A stretch of 64,000 nt of DNA, from contig NMRA01000153.1 in assembly GCA_002633005.1 (NCBI GenBank), positions 22,042 through 86,041 of the forward strand, in the 5' to 3' direction. The notes beneath the pieces were generated by a model that was not told the origin of the DNA, did not search any database, and was given only the letters and a program-made list of their open reading frames with translations. Source of the DNA: Phoronis australis. Its lineage: Eukaryota; Animalia; Phoronida. This document shows, one piece after another, positions 36,701 through 51,700 of this stretch; position 1 is the stretch's first letter; every line of letters starts with the position of its first letter. A program made the position numbers and the translations under genes.

Positions 36701-39700
36701 ACCAAATGATATGGCACAGCCCTACAATCGTTTAAGTAGAGTTAGTGCCATTAATGCTGATTGCTAAACAAAGTTTTCATCACATGTGTTGAAAAAACAA
36801 AAGATGAAATGTAAAGTTCAAGATAAAGTATTATAGAAATCTAAAAATACAGCATTTATAAAAGGCAAGATTTTTTTGTATGAAGCATTTTAGTAACTTC
36901 TTATGACATAGCACATCATAACAGCCGTGATACGAAACTACCTAAATAATATAGTATAGCTTTTATAAGGGTTGCATTATGGTGTGTTTGACACAAGAGA
37001 ATATCACAGTCAGATGCAATAAATAACATACCTCTCTCTCTAGCTGACTAGTGTGTTTGACACTAGAGAATATCAGAGCCAGATGCTTGGTGACAAAATC
37101 CTTCTTGGTAGATTTTCTCATCACTATGCCAAGGCACTTGTAGAGGAAGTTCTGCAATAGTCGACTGAACAGTGTGGCAACTTGACACTCACAACATGTC
37201 TACCATAAATCTAACAAATTAGATACATTAATTTTTCAACACAGTTTACAAACAAAAACAACAATTGAAGAACGCTTTTGCAATTATGCAATGAAAGTTG
37301 CATACACCCTATCACAAAGCTGACTCTTAAAACATTTTAAAATGAAATTGTATCAGACACTAACTTTAGTTACATTAAGCTAAAGTGTGCACCATGCAAA
37401 GTGTATCCATTACATCAAGTGATTTGCTAATTCTAGTGATACAAACAGCTGAATTACCTGATCCTCACTATTCACCTCATTATATGATTTTATAAACCAC
37501 TGAACTATGACATTCCCTTCAGACATTTTGTCAATACCAGTTAGCTGCCTTGACATTCTCCAACTCCCATTCTTCCGCGTAGTGTTTTTGTCATCCAGAG
37601 GTACCATGAACTATGACCTCAAAAGCTATGACCAATCACCTCCTGAGGCATCTTGGTGTAGAGGGCAAACAGTTGTCCAAATTCTAAATCAATCTAACAC
37701 ATCCAGCCTTGACTTTTATCTATTGATCACCTAAACCCCTTATGAACCATGTAGCCATAAACCATGACCCCATGAACTAAATTCTAATGACTCACCTTCT
37801 CCTCAGACATGGTGCTGTAGAGTGTCAGCTGTTGTCCTAATGCCTCACCAATCTCACACACCCAGTCTTCACTATCAACTTCGTCCAGAGACTTGGACAA
37901 CATCTTTAGCAGCAGGTCTTCCCAAGTTTTCTGTGACCACTTGTCCTCCTCTTGTGAGTCTGTAGAGAACATGAAACAGGATTGTTTACAAGGGAAATAT
38001 GGTGAGAACATGCCACAGGATTGTTTACAAGGGAAATATGGTGAGAACATGCCACAGGATTGTTTACAATGGAAATATGGTGAGAACATGCCACAGGATT
38101 GTTTACAAGGGAAATACGGTGAGAACATGCCACAGGATTGTTTACAAGGGAAATATGGTGACAACATGCCACAGGATTGTTTACAAGGGAAATATGGTGA
38201 GAACATGCCACAGGATTGTTTACAAGGGAAATACGGTGAGAACATGCCACAGGATTGTTTACAAGGGAAATATGGTGAGAACATGCCACAGGATTGTTTA
38301 CAAGGGAAATANNNNNNNNNNNNNNNNNNNNNNNNNNNNNNNNNNNNNNNNNNNNNNNNNNNNNNNNNNNNNNNNNNNNNNNNNNNNNNNNNNNNNNNNN
38401 NNNNNNNNNNNNNNNNNNNNNNNNNNNNNNNNNNNNNNNNNNNNNNNNNNNNNNNNNNNNNNNNNNNNNNNNNNNNNNNNNNNNNNNNNNNNNNNNNNNN
38501 NNNNNNNNNNNNNNNNNNNNNNNNNNNNNNNNNNNNNNNNNNNNNNNNNNNNNNNNNNNNNNNNNNNNNNNNNNNNNNNNNNNNNNNNNNNNNNNNNNNN
38601 NNNNNNNNNNNNNNNNNNNNNNNNNNNNNNNNNNNNNNNNNNNNNNTGACCAATGACAAAAAACGCGGAAACTTTTACGGCCCAAATCATGCCCGATAAC
38701 CAGCCTTTGAAATGGTCAATGTGAACCTTTCCGCGACAAAAATCGGGAGGACTAAAAAAAAAAAAAAAAGTTACCACCATCAGTAGCATGCGTCTGCGTT
38801 CTTTTCGCTCGCCCGTCCACTCCCAACCCACACAAATTTGGCTGCAGAGCGGTAGTATTTGTCGCCGCGCTTAACAATAACACGAGCCGCCATTGAAAAT
38901 CACACCACGCTTTACCCAGATGCCCCGGCAATGTTGACAATTTACGTTCCGAAACAACTTCCGCTTTCCGAGGTGAATGTCGTCTGCAACGCCGCGGTAA
39001 GAAAGGAATTTGCCGCGGAAATTTCATATCAAATCCTATTTTTTTACGCGGAAATATTATAAAAAAAGCGGAAAGCACATTTCAAAAAAGTGGAAATCCG
39101 CGTTTCCGCAGAAAATTCCAAGCCCTGTACCTTCTAAGAACTGTATGAGCTTGGGTATTACAGTGTCCCACAATGCTACTAGGTTGTCGTGCAGGTTGGG
39201 TGACAATCCCTTCATGGCTTGTAGCACGTGTGTTGCACGGTTCCTCCCACTGTTTGGCAGGCCGGCCATCACAACTAGACGAGCAATGAGAGCCGCAGGG
39301 CGCGGAATGTTGGCTGTAGAAATAAAAACAATAATAATGAGAGTTTTGGAATTTGTAACATTCAAATATTTGTAATAATACTTAGCATTATACTACATGT
39401 ATTACAATTAAACCAGCATTTTGCCCCTGTTTAGCTGTCAATGTTGAATTGTCAACAACAGCACTTTGGGGTTTAAAAACATTACCACACTTATCAAATC
39501 TTGAATTATTGTTGTACGAGCCAGCAACTCAAGTCCCAGGCCCTACATACATGAGTCATTTTCAAATCCGCAATTTCAGTAATGGCCAATACCAATAAGG
39601 TTTGAAGCATTCTCTTGAGTCACTGATGGTATCGATGTTCTTGTTGGTAACAAAAACAGAATCACATCAAGGTAAGGGATATTATGAGATTGATTTTATG

Positions 39701-42700
39701 AATGCAAAAGGTACAATTTGATTTGGATTTGGATTTTTGGCCAGCTTAACATGGTGAAATGTAGCTTGAATACATACAATGGCTTGAATACATACAATGG
39801 CTTGAATACATACAATCTTCAGAGCAATCCCCATAAGTCCATGGGAACGTATGAACACTTAACTCATCAAAAACAAGTGTAAACACAGTTACCTGAATAA
39901 ATACAATTTCTCGATAACTAAACAATGTGTGTGACTGGAGCACAAGAAAGACTATGAATTTGCAATATTGGTTGTTAAAGTTTATTTCTTACGCAGGGTT
40001 TCATAATCAATCTCCGAGTCTTCTCCATTCTCTTCTCTCTTCTTATTGGCCAGATAAGCAACATTCATAGCGACTACCCCGACAGCTTCAGTGAAATGTT
40101 CGGGTACAAGGAATTCCAGTAAGTAAGGCCACAAAACCTAAAGAAATATATTACAGGTACTGAACTACACTTGGATGCAATGAGTATCCATTGTAAAAAG
40201 GGATTTATAAACATTACTATGGTATGAAAAGTCTTACCAAGTAAAATCATAGACTAACATGTTCCCAAAGAATGCACAACTGCAAAAACATCCACAATTT
40301 GCTTCCTTTAAAACAAAGCTTATTGGCAAAGGAAAGAATAGCTAAAATTGGTTTTGGTGACTTTCAAGTACACAGAGAGGGTTGGTTTTGTTTCTTTTTT
40401 ATGAATGTTCATTAACATATCAATAACTTCATTTTGCAAAAACAAACTAAATGCCTTACAGCGTCCATGTGATCAATCGTCGTGGTGATAAGCTTGAGAA
40501 TATTATCACACATGAGACGTAGTGCAGTGTTGGAGACATATTCTGGATCATTAGATCTCTTCCCCTGCAAAAAACAAATAGAAATACAACCATCTGCTCA
40601 TATTTTAACATCTGAATAAAAAGAAAGTCCCTGGAGAGCAATCGGGCTCATTACAATGAGACCAGTTGCAAATTCCTCTTTTTGAAGCATGTGCAGCCAA
40701 ATATAATTCAATTCACACTGTTAGTGCATGGTAGGTTACTCCCCAGTCATAGATGTTGTTCAATTATACTAATGTGTTGATGGATAAAATGCACGTAACA
40801 CTAAATGTAATAATTAACTTTAGGCTGACAGCCCATCAAGCTAAGAACTAATCCAAGTCACCTGTATCCCCAGAGGTAAACCATTATAATCAAAACTGAA
40901 GCAAAGAACTGAAGTCACAATACGATCCGGTCTTAAAATTTTTCCCAATAGTACCACTCAGGGTTTTAGAACTGTCACAAGAATTGACGAACAGGGTTTC
41001 ATTAAAAGTAACTGCAGTGATCAAATAAGTAACTAAAATTACACAGCACTTGACAGGCAGTTACACACACGCACGACAAAAGATCTCTCAATTCGTAAAT
41101 AATAAAATTAAGAGACTCCATTGACAACAGACACTCACAGTATCTGCTTGCAAAGCACACTGCCTGACAACAAACTCCACCATCAGCTGCCCTCCTTCCA
41201 GCTCCAGGTAATCATGATGTGCCATGGCAACGACAACTTGAGCAAATGCTTTCTTTACCTACCAATGATATACAAACATGATAAAATGGGTAGCAAAAAA
41301 ACAAAATAAACAAAGGGCTTCCATTATAAAGTTTTGTGATGTGGAAACACATCAATTTAATATGAACCTAGTTAGTGCTTGTCGTAAGTCAAATAATGAA
41401 TATGATTCATAATTAAGTTTCAAAAAATGCACACCAAGTGCAATGTTTTTAAACAAAATGGGAAAAAATAAAACTAATAAAATGTCAAAAAAGTTTGAAC
41501 AAATAACACTTTAATTCCTTTTTAAGACACATTTTATGGCTACACATGATTTACACTTGAGTGACTCAAAAACTATGCATTTCACCTGAGATTAACAGAC
41601 CATAAACATAGTCCCCACAAATCGCACCTTATTGCTATTGTCATTAAGTACAATCTTCAATCCAGCCAATACAACTGACTTCTTATTCTCCAGATAGGGG
41701 TCAGCAGCGTTGACGAGGTGTTTGATAATAGTGAGTGTACCTATACGCAACTTTTCATTATTACCCTCGAGCTTTTGTAGCAGGAATGCAACAAGTTTAT
41801 CGGAGAAAGATTTCGCTGAAAAAGAAACAAGCGTGAAACGATGTTTCTGATGAAACTGCCTTGGACAGAGGTGTTATCACAAAAAGTCAACACAACAAAA
41901 GACCATTTTCTGACAGTAACTACTCTGTTCTAATGGTGAAGAAGGACCAACTAACTGTTCATAAACAAATGAAAATTCAGACACTTAGAAACTGTTATGG
42001 TGAGGTAGAAACTAAATATTAGCAATACACAGCAATTAATGATATTTTTTTAAACTTCTAATTTTTACAGATCATCGGCATCATGTCATTGAAGAAACCT
42101 AAACGCTTCAATTCTCACATTGCCTATTTACCATTAAACCTTTAATAGCTCAAATGTGTAGATTTAACTCACCAATGACAGCAAAACATCGCAGGATCTC
42201 ATTGTGATTTTTTATGGCCAAAGCATTGCCAAAATCGATAGGGCTACACACCTAGGTCAGAGAAAGCAAACTATACACGGTTGTACAAAACAATAGAACA
42301 CAATGACCTACAGACCAATACAAAAATTTACTATACACCCTTTGTCGAGCCATGAAGAAAACAAGTGATTTCAAATGCTGTACTCAAAACATGATTTCAA
42401 CAGCAATGCACGAATTTGGTTGGAAGACGGTTTAAACCACAATTCAGATGGAGGGTAACAAGTAATAAGACTGTCATTAATGATAACTATAAACAATACA
42501 ATGGTCATCGCATTTGTTGATAAAGGCTCAATAGGGTCCAATTCATATTTACAGAAAGCCAAAAATTAAGGCTCAATAGGGTCCAATTCATATTTACAGA
42601 AAGCCAAAAATAAAGGCTCAATAGGGTCCAATTCATATTTACAGAAAGCCAAAAATTAAGGCTCACTCAGTCATTGTCACTGTTTTCTTGTCAGAATGTA

Positions 42701-45700
42701 TTGTCCAGACGACTTATAGTTTCAAATCATGTAGTTATGTCACAAGTATTTGAATGCTGCATCAAAATAAACATTTGCTAAAGGCCAGCCATCTGAACCC
42801 ATTGTTCTACAAAGAGAAAACATCCACTCTGTAATGGTTACCATGGTACCATATAGGTTCGATGTGTCCATGTCACCAACAAGGCAAAATGTCCTGACTG
42901 CACATTTTCAATTAAGTAGCGTGCCAGCCACAACTGTGCCAAATTACAAAGTAAAGACAAAGCATAATGTTCCCACCTGCGTGAACAACATGTTCAGCAG
43001 CATGTCCAACTGTGGCTCCAGGATCGTACTACCATCCGCTGTGGCTGCATCTAGGATCATACACAGGCCCTAAACATAACGTTAATCAGATATTACCATT
43101 TCTTAACAAACAAGCGTAATGCAGAGCTTTGATAAGCGCCTACAGTGGGCATCGTACATAGCGCAGATACAAGGGATGATTACTAGTATTAACATTCCCA
43201 CTAAATAGAGCAATGTTAGTAAAGGTAAAATAGCCTCTAACGGTGCATTAGTAGTCACCAATGATCTCTTCAATAGGAACACACCTGCCTAGCTCGTAAA
43301 AAATTAAAACCGCCACTAGGGGCACACTGGCAGTCAGATACATCCAAACATCTGTTGTCGTGTTCATAGAAATACACTTGCCAAATTTCACAAAGACCTT
43401 GCACGGAGAAACAGTTACAGATACGAAAAAAGCAAACTGACACTAGAGGCACCCCAGTAGTCTAACTGTCTGAAAATCGACAACCGTGCTGTTCCAAGTA
43501 GGAACACATTTACCACTTTTCATAACAATTCTTAGAGTGGTTTGGCTGACAGAGAGATGGATGCCAAAAAACAGGCTAAAACATAAAAACAGCTGCTAGG
43601 AAGCGTACAGCACGTCAAATCCATCTGAAAATGAAAAGGTGTCATCACCTCATCAATAACAAGAGCAACGCAGAGCGTTGAAATGCGCCCACTGTATACG
43701 GTAACCTTCTAGGGTTGTTTATTGGTACCATAAAGTGGCCAGTAGAGAGCATATATGTAGTATGTTGTACTGTGCAAAATGGAAAGGCATGGTCATTGTC
43801 TCCTCAATAGGCTAGGAGCAAAATGTGAGTGATCTTCATAANNNNNNNNNNNNNNNNNNNNNNNNNNNNNNNNNNNNNNNNNNNNNNNNNNNNNNNNNNN
43901 NNNNNNNNNNNNNNNNNNNNNNNNNNNNNNNNNNNNNNNNNNNNNNNNNNNNNNNNNNNNNNNNNNNNNNNNNNNNNNNNNNNNNNNNNNNNNNNNNNNN
44001 NNNNNNNNNNNNNNNNNNNNNNNNNNNNNNNNNNNNNNNNNNNNNNNNNNNNNNNNNNNNNNNNNNNNNNNNNNNNNNNNNNNNNNNNNNNNNNNNNNNN
44101 NNNNNNNNNNNNNNNNNNNNNNNNNNNNNNNNNNNNNNNNNNNNNNNNNTAAAAATGGCCACTAGGTGGCGCAAACTATGTCGAATCCATCTGAAAACGG
44201 GAGGATAGCGTCATCTCACTAATAGGTGCCTACATACCAAATTTCATGAAAATCCGTTCAGGACTTTTGAAGATACAAAGGTAAGCGTAAAAAACTAAAA
44301 TTGCCACTAAGGGGCACACCGGTAGTCGGATCCGTCCGAAAGTTCGCACATGCCGTCCCATTCATGAATGGAACATACGTGCCAAATTTCATGAATATAT
44401 GTCAAAGGGTTTTGGAGATAGAGCAGCGGACGCCGGACGGACGCCGGACAGACGCCGCCCGTACGGACGGACGGACGGATGGAGATGACGGCATAATGCG
44501 TCCACATATAAATATGTGGGTGCATAAAGACCTATTTCTCAAATTTCAAAAAATCCATCATGGGACTCCCAAGATACAGAGGAAAACAAGAAAAAATTTC
44601 CTCTAGGGGGCACAGCGGGAGTTGGATCTGTCCAAACATCGTTGTCATCCGTTGTCACCTTCATACAAATGCACTTACCAAATTTAACAAAGATCCTGCA
44701 GAGGGTTTAAGAGATACAGACACAAAGAAAACAAAACTGCCACTAAGAGGCACCACAGTAGTTGGCGATGTCCAAAATTATCGTCAGCCATCTTCTTCCA
44801 AGTAAAACATATATGTCAATTTTCGTAATCATCCTAAGAGTGGTTTGCCCGAAAGAGAGGTGAACACCAAAAACAAGTTCAGAAATAGTAAAAACGGCCA
44901 CTATGTGGCATGCACAATATCAAATCCATCTAAAACACAAAGAAGTCATTGTCTCCTTAATAGAAATTTGTTTGCCAAATTTCATAAAAATCTGTCCAGA
45001 AACTTTGAAGATACAGAGGAAAACGTGAAAAGTGTCAGTAGGGGGCACTGTGGTAGTTGGATCCATCCGGAAGACGTTGTCACTTGTTGTCATCTTTATA
45101 TAAATACACTTGCCAAATTTAATAAAGATCCCGCAGAGGATTTTGGATATACAGCCCTGCGCACAAAAAACGAAACTGTCACTAGGAGGTGCCACTGCAG
45201 TCAAAGCCGTCTGAAAATCACCGTCAGCAGTCCTCTTCCCAGTAGGAAAATATACGTCGCTTTTTATAATCATACTTGTAGTGGTTTGGCCTACAGAGAG
45301 GCAGACAGCAAAAAAATCAAAAACAGTGAAAATAGCCACCAAATGGCATAAAATACATTGAATCCTTTTGAAAACATGACAGTGGCATCGTCTTCCTAAT
45401 AGATGCCTGTCATGAAAACCCGTCAAGAAACACCAAAGATACAGAGGGAAATGTAAAAAACTAAGATTGCCACTATGTGACACACCAGTAGTCGGATCTG
45501 TCTGAAAATTAGCTCATGCCGTCTCATCTATGAAAGGGGTTTGCGAGATACAGCAGCGGATGCCGGCCGGATGGACAGACGGAGATGACAGTATAATGCG
45601 CCCACATATAAGTACGTGGGTGCATAAAAATCAAGCCGTCGTAATGTTTCTATAAAACTTTTTATAAAAAATAATTTCAACATAATGCGAGCTCAATTCT

Positions 45701-48700
45701 TTCATGACTAAAACAATTTCAGACAAAATATAATTGCAAAAACTTGATCTTTTTCATTATTTAAGGCTTCTAACATCACTGCTAATAGCCACCATTAGTC
45801 AAAAAAAATCTGGTGGCAGCTACGGCAATGAATAAAAAATGATAAAGCATTCATTTTGTGCTGCTAATCTTGTATGAGAAAACGTGAAAAATAAAAACGA
45901 AATTTGACTGTCCAATATATTGTCTGATATTGATGAAAATTTACTATTATCTGATATTCTGAAGATATCGAAAAAACATCAAAAGAAATGCATAACACAA
46001 CTAAGCAAAAAATGTTTTAGAAAAGTATTTATATATTGCCTATGATCTTTGACCTCTGAACTAAATCTTAAAAAAATATTTACAACTGCGGCTGTTACTT
46101 ATCACTTTACTAGCGTATTCATTCAGAACTTGCTCAAAAATTCTTGCTGTAATTATCACTCAACAAACAATGTTAGCAGAGATTGCCTAGAAATGTAAAC
46201 TGTGTTGCTGACTATAAACAATCAAGCTAAGACTTACCTGTGTGACGTGAAAGGGGTCAGGGTGTTTCTTATATAGGACCAGTATGCCGTTGATGATCTT
46301 TGGCAATTGTTCCTGCAGTATTCCTATCTCCATCAGATGTGACATGTGACCCAGCGCCTCAACGATGGCCAGGCGCAGCTGTGCAGGACAAAGATGACAA
46401 GTGTAAGAAGATCAAGTACTATACAGCAAGTACTTAACTTAAGGCAGAGATAAGTAAGTGTATAAGACAGAGATTGGACAGTAAGTGAATAAGGCAGAGA
46501 TTGGACAGTGAGCAAATAAGATAGAGGTTGATCAGTAAGTGAATAAGGCAGAGATTGAACAGTGAGCAAATTAGATAGAGGTTGATCATTGAATGAATAA
46601 GACAGAAGTTGAACAGTGAGTGAATATGATAGACTGAACAGAGAGTGAATAAGACAAGAGATTGATCAGTGACTTAATACGACAGACAATGAACAGCAGC
46701 TGAGACTTATGCGCCACTGGACATAATTTTGATACCGATGATGCCACTATAGAAGATTGGTTCAGAAGGGTTGTCAAAAAAGCTCTGTACGAGCGCATCG
46801 ACTGCCCTTCTCTAAAAAAACAAAGTGGATTGAGGTTCCAACTGTCACACACATGGCATAGTGTCCTGACCTTGATGTCATGTCGTCTGGTTAAAATGCC
46901 ACCTATTGGTCAGAACCATAGTACCACCACTTGCCAACCTGAAGTTCATGAGAGACGTGCGGAATGTCGCTAACACATGAAAATAAATTCTAGTATTTAA
47001 CTTTAATAAGTTTTTGTTGTATTTTACAGGACAGGCTGTTCAAATCAGTAAGTATAAGACCGAGATTGGACAATGACTATGGATGATTATGTGGATGATT
47101 TGAACAAATATAACACATATTTACTCCAATAACCTGCTCAACCTTGTCTTGCACATTCAAATCCACTACTGGCAACTACTTCACTTGAATCTTTGAAACA
47201 AACCACCCTAAGTTTTAGATCCAACGGCAGTGAGGTGACTAAAAGTATTTACTCACTTTTGCTTCCTTTGACTGTAACCAGACATTAAACAGCACGTCAT
47301 AGGCAGAGTAAATCTCAGCTGAAAATGCTTCTTTTCTAACTGTCGGATCGGGTGCCTTTTCTAAGTTTGCCACATAGTCTAACACTGCTTCTGAGAATCT
47401 TGCAAGAGCTGCAACACAGGACAACAACTATTAATTTTAATCTTAACAAGACTGATATATACACACACAACACAATCACTTGAAAAACCTTGCTTCTTGG
47501 TAACTGTCTGTGTCTGTGAAAGCTTGAGTAAGACTGCTGGTCAGTAACGTAATTCAAGGAGATAATATTAAGCAAATTCCGCTACCAATCAAAACCCGTT
47601 TTCTTACCCACTGTTCGCGTGTGACATCTTAGTTCACATGGTCAACTCAAATGTACACAAATCAAGATGACCGTCACATTGCAAGCAAGGTTATTCAAAC
47701 TTAGTGTGAAACCTTGAATGAGGTAGGCTTAAAAAGCTTGAACAATATCATACAACCTTGAACAATATTGACCATGCTTGAATAAGGTTGTGTAAATTTC
47801 AGATTTGATTAATCTTGTCAGTGCGGATTATTAAAGCTTGACGAATTCAGTGCAACTCACCATAAGAGAAGACCCACTTCATGTTGTCGTGCTTAGCCAT
47901 ACCCAACATGGGTAACATTGTACCAAGTACAACTTGAAGAAATGGAACCATACCGTGCACTACAACAAAACGGCAGATCCTGCTACTGTCAACGGTGACC
48001 TTGGGTGAGTAAAAACAACCAGAAAAATGTAAAACAGTCAAATGTATTTTTGAAACTGTGCAGACCCTACAATGTTGAAACATTTTAAATTTACCTTTAA
48101 ACAAAGCAGTCATAGACACCATTACACCACACTGAAGGTTCTGTAGAAGTTACATAATGTAATGGCATTTTTCAATTTGTATGTACGTGTGAAAATTAAG
48201 AGGAAATAATTGTTAAGGCAAGGGAGGTCAAATCATTAAATGCTGATGTGCTCTAGTAGAAGCTCTTCATATAAATATTTTCAAAGAAAAATCCTTGAAA
48301 ATATAGAAGTTCCTGGGCACTGGAGAAAATTTTTCAACATGTATACACGAGTGAAAACCATGAAGATGTCATCATACAGACAAGTTTTGGACAACATGCA
48401 ATGGCACTTCATAACAATATTTTTGACAGTTCAGTCAAAATTCCATGAAAAATGTAAAGTAGTGTGCATATTATTTCACCCATGCACCAAAACCAAGAAT
48501 GGGCCATAATACCAGGAAAATAATACAGTCGAAACGCAAAATTCCAACGATATGGGGCAAGGTGCTTCGTAAGCATATTTTTGTGAAAATGTGGCCGAAA
48601 TATCCCGAGATATGTAAGATGGGTTGCACATATAACAGTATTTCCCTATGTGGGAAAATCAAGAACACCCCAAAATTCAGGAAAATACAACCAAATACCA

Positions 48701-51700
48701 ATGTTATATGTTATGGCACTTCATAAGCCTACTTTTTGGAACGTTTGGTTGAAATCACGTGAAATACAGGTAGTTGTGCACACAAGATTGTTAATGTTTG
48801 TAGAGACATGCAGACGCATGTATACAATGACACCTACCATCCCCTTCACCTTTTGTGGAGATAAAATGATACCACAGCTCACTTCAATAACGTACAGCGA
48901 ATTTCCTTAACAGTTAAATATTATAATTTGAGAACCTTATATAAAGGAACATAAACCTCACTGTTTAAAGAAAAATGTCTAACCGTATCATATTTAGAAA
49001 AGTTGTTGTTGAACAAACTGGCTTGGCAACTCAACAACAATCACCTCTTTTGTGATCTTAATTTGATCTGGTTTTGACTCCCAGCAGTCACCCCACTCTC
49101 CTTTCAAATTCAATATTGCAGGTTAAGGTTGTACTATATGTGCCCCCCCCTCCCCCCTAAAGAAATGTTCATTTTGCTCATAACAAGGAGTGATGCTAAA
49201 CAAAAAGTCATCTGACTCACCATTGGCTGATGCCAAGTTGGCCATTGTCTGCACTACAAAGAAGTGAGGCAGGACCCCTGGTGAGAACTTCTGTAGTAAC
49301 TCATCCATGACAGTGTTACAATACTTTTGTCCAACAGCCACCAAGACACCACTGGCTGCTGTCTGCCACTCTGGAATGACATCCTGGAAGACATAAATAT
49401 TCATCAGTTCACTTGGTTGGCACTGACACAAGAAATATTAAACACTGTCATGACATGAAAAGTGATTACACAGTCTAGTTCAATAACATTGTGTGAATCG
49501 TAGTTATCGAACTAACCACGTTTGTAATGGTGAAACATTGCAAAATTACCCCTCAACATTTCAGTTGGTCAGACAGTGTATCAAACAATCAGTGGCACCA
49601 GATGACTGTTTGATGTGTATTGTACACGACCTGTCATTATGTGCCCCTCAAACCCACCGGATAAGTTTCAAAAGCAAATGACAATCATAACTGTTTTCAA
49701 AATTGAAAAATATTAGTACTGTTATCCATCTTTGAATTTTCAAAATTGGTGAACTTTAACTAAACTTAAGCACTAAGTGCAACAACAACAACTACCCAGT
49801 GACATCATACCAATAATGAGCACAACAGGCAAATTATCTCAAAGTCTAGACACCGACCATTACGCTGTGTTGCACCATGGTGACTGGGTGATAGAGTAGT
49901 TTTTACAGCATAAAGCGCTACGCAGCACTACTTAAGTTAAGTCCTAACCTTCAAACTGGACTAAATCAAGTAAACAACGGCAAACCTACCAGCTGAAGCA
50001 ACCAATGAACTCCATTTGGTCCATGGCGTCATTAAGTATAATTAGGAATGTACTTAACACAATAGGTTTCAAAAATGGTGCAGCATGGAAGTTTCAAACT
50101 AACAAAACTGTAGATGTACAGACTATGAAATGCTGAAGTTGCGAGCCCTCACCACCCTTGGCATGATGCAAAAAGGTTGGTGGACATCAAAAGTGTGATG
50201 GCAGTGCACGAAGACAACAAAGTAACCCAAAACATCATATTCTTAGATAGTGTTTACATGTGTCATAATTAAACAATTGATCAGTCGGTGTTGTTTTTGT
50301 GAGAAAACTGTTTTTGGTGGTATGTATCAAACATCTCTTTCAAATGCCCTGCTAATGAAGTCATGCATTGTATCATGCACAGTCTGAGGAGGTCCTATAG
50401 ACCCTATTCACGCCGACAGGAAGCGCGTTCCAAAACGAGGCTCGCTATGATAGCTCTGGTGGCTTATCCGCGTAGTTGTACTACACGTTGCTCGAACAGC
50501 TAGAAAAAATACGGAGACACTCCGTTTTACAACCCCGCCCCCCCTTGACTGCCGCAAGCAAAATAAACCAGCAAAACGTGAAGCGGGAGGAAACTTGTAC
50601 TGAGTTCGAGCTAGGACCGGTAGCGGACGAGGGGGGACATCACGTTCCGTTTTATTATTTTTTTTAGTCCAACGACAGATTTCCTGAGCAGAAGGTATAC
50701 AGCCTAGGTGCTCGCAATTTCCGGGTCGCCTGCATGCATACAATCGCGCTTTGCCCGCTTCTCCGAGGATGTCGGGCCCCCTCTCACTAGGCCTATATAG
50801 TATCCTAGATCAGCCACTGAAAATGCTACTTGAGACAGAGCTATGAGAGCTTGCAAAAAGGCGGGGTGCTATTGATGGTGATCGGGAGGTCAGTAGAATT
50901 TTCACTGACCCGTCACTCGGCGAAACGTTCCCCTCTCAGAAGGCCGCACACACGAGGCACCTTTCCCCTCGGATATGAACGAGGCCTCTGAAGAAACATG
51001 ATAACTACTTGTTCCAGGGGGGATCCAGGACTTTGAGTTAGGGGGGGGGCAAGGTAGAGTATTGGCCAGGATTTTGCCCGTCAGAAATTCGCGGTCATGT
51101 TTCGAACCTAGTTTTCCGGAAAAAAAACTATATTCTTTCGTCAGACAACTCTTTGGTGCATTGACTTGTTCTTTAACTGTATTTTTCTACATCTCTGTGG
51201 TTAATTATTGACACATTTTTTAAGATTTAATATTCAGGTTGGACTCCAAAGACCAGCCATTTAACTCACGCAATGTAAATTTCCGCTTTGTTTATCGGAG
51301 TGAGCCTCGCTTTGGATTTTAATGTCCGCCGCGTGAATAGAGTCTATAGTGAGCCTCATATACATTGAACACAGACCCAGGCCTCATCTTCAATCTTGTC
51401 CAGACTAGGATTATAGATTGCTAGAGGTAATGCAAAGCTATTATAAAACCTGAGACTCTTGTAGCGTCGCACGAAAATGGTGTGATGGTTAATACGGAGA
51501 TCTACCTATAGTACAGCATACAAAAATGGGACTGAAAAATGTGAATACTAACGGTTTTTGGCCATTCCATGCAAGAGCCTTGGACAGCAGGTATGAGGCA
51601 TGACACATACCAAGTGTCTCAAAATGAACAACTCTCCATGTACTACATTATTATTTTAACCAGTTCCTTAAAACCCCTTATAGCGTATAAGCCAGTGACA

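Noticed and set aside
37784-38831. Long ORFs with 13-aa repeats and X runs
   Set aside because: Produced by the 39-bp minisatellite and the N gap. Only 37796-37959 is a real exon.
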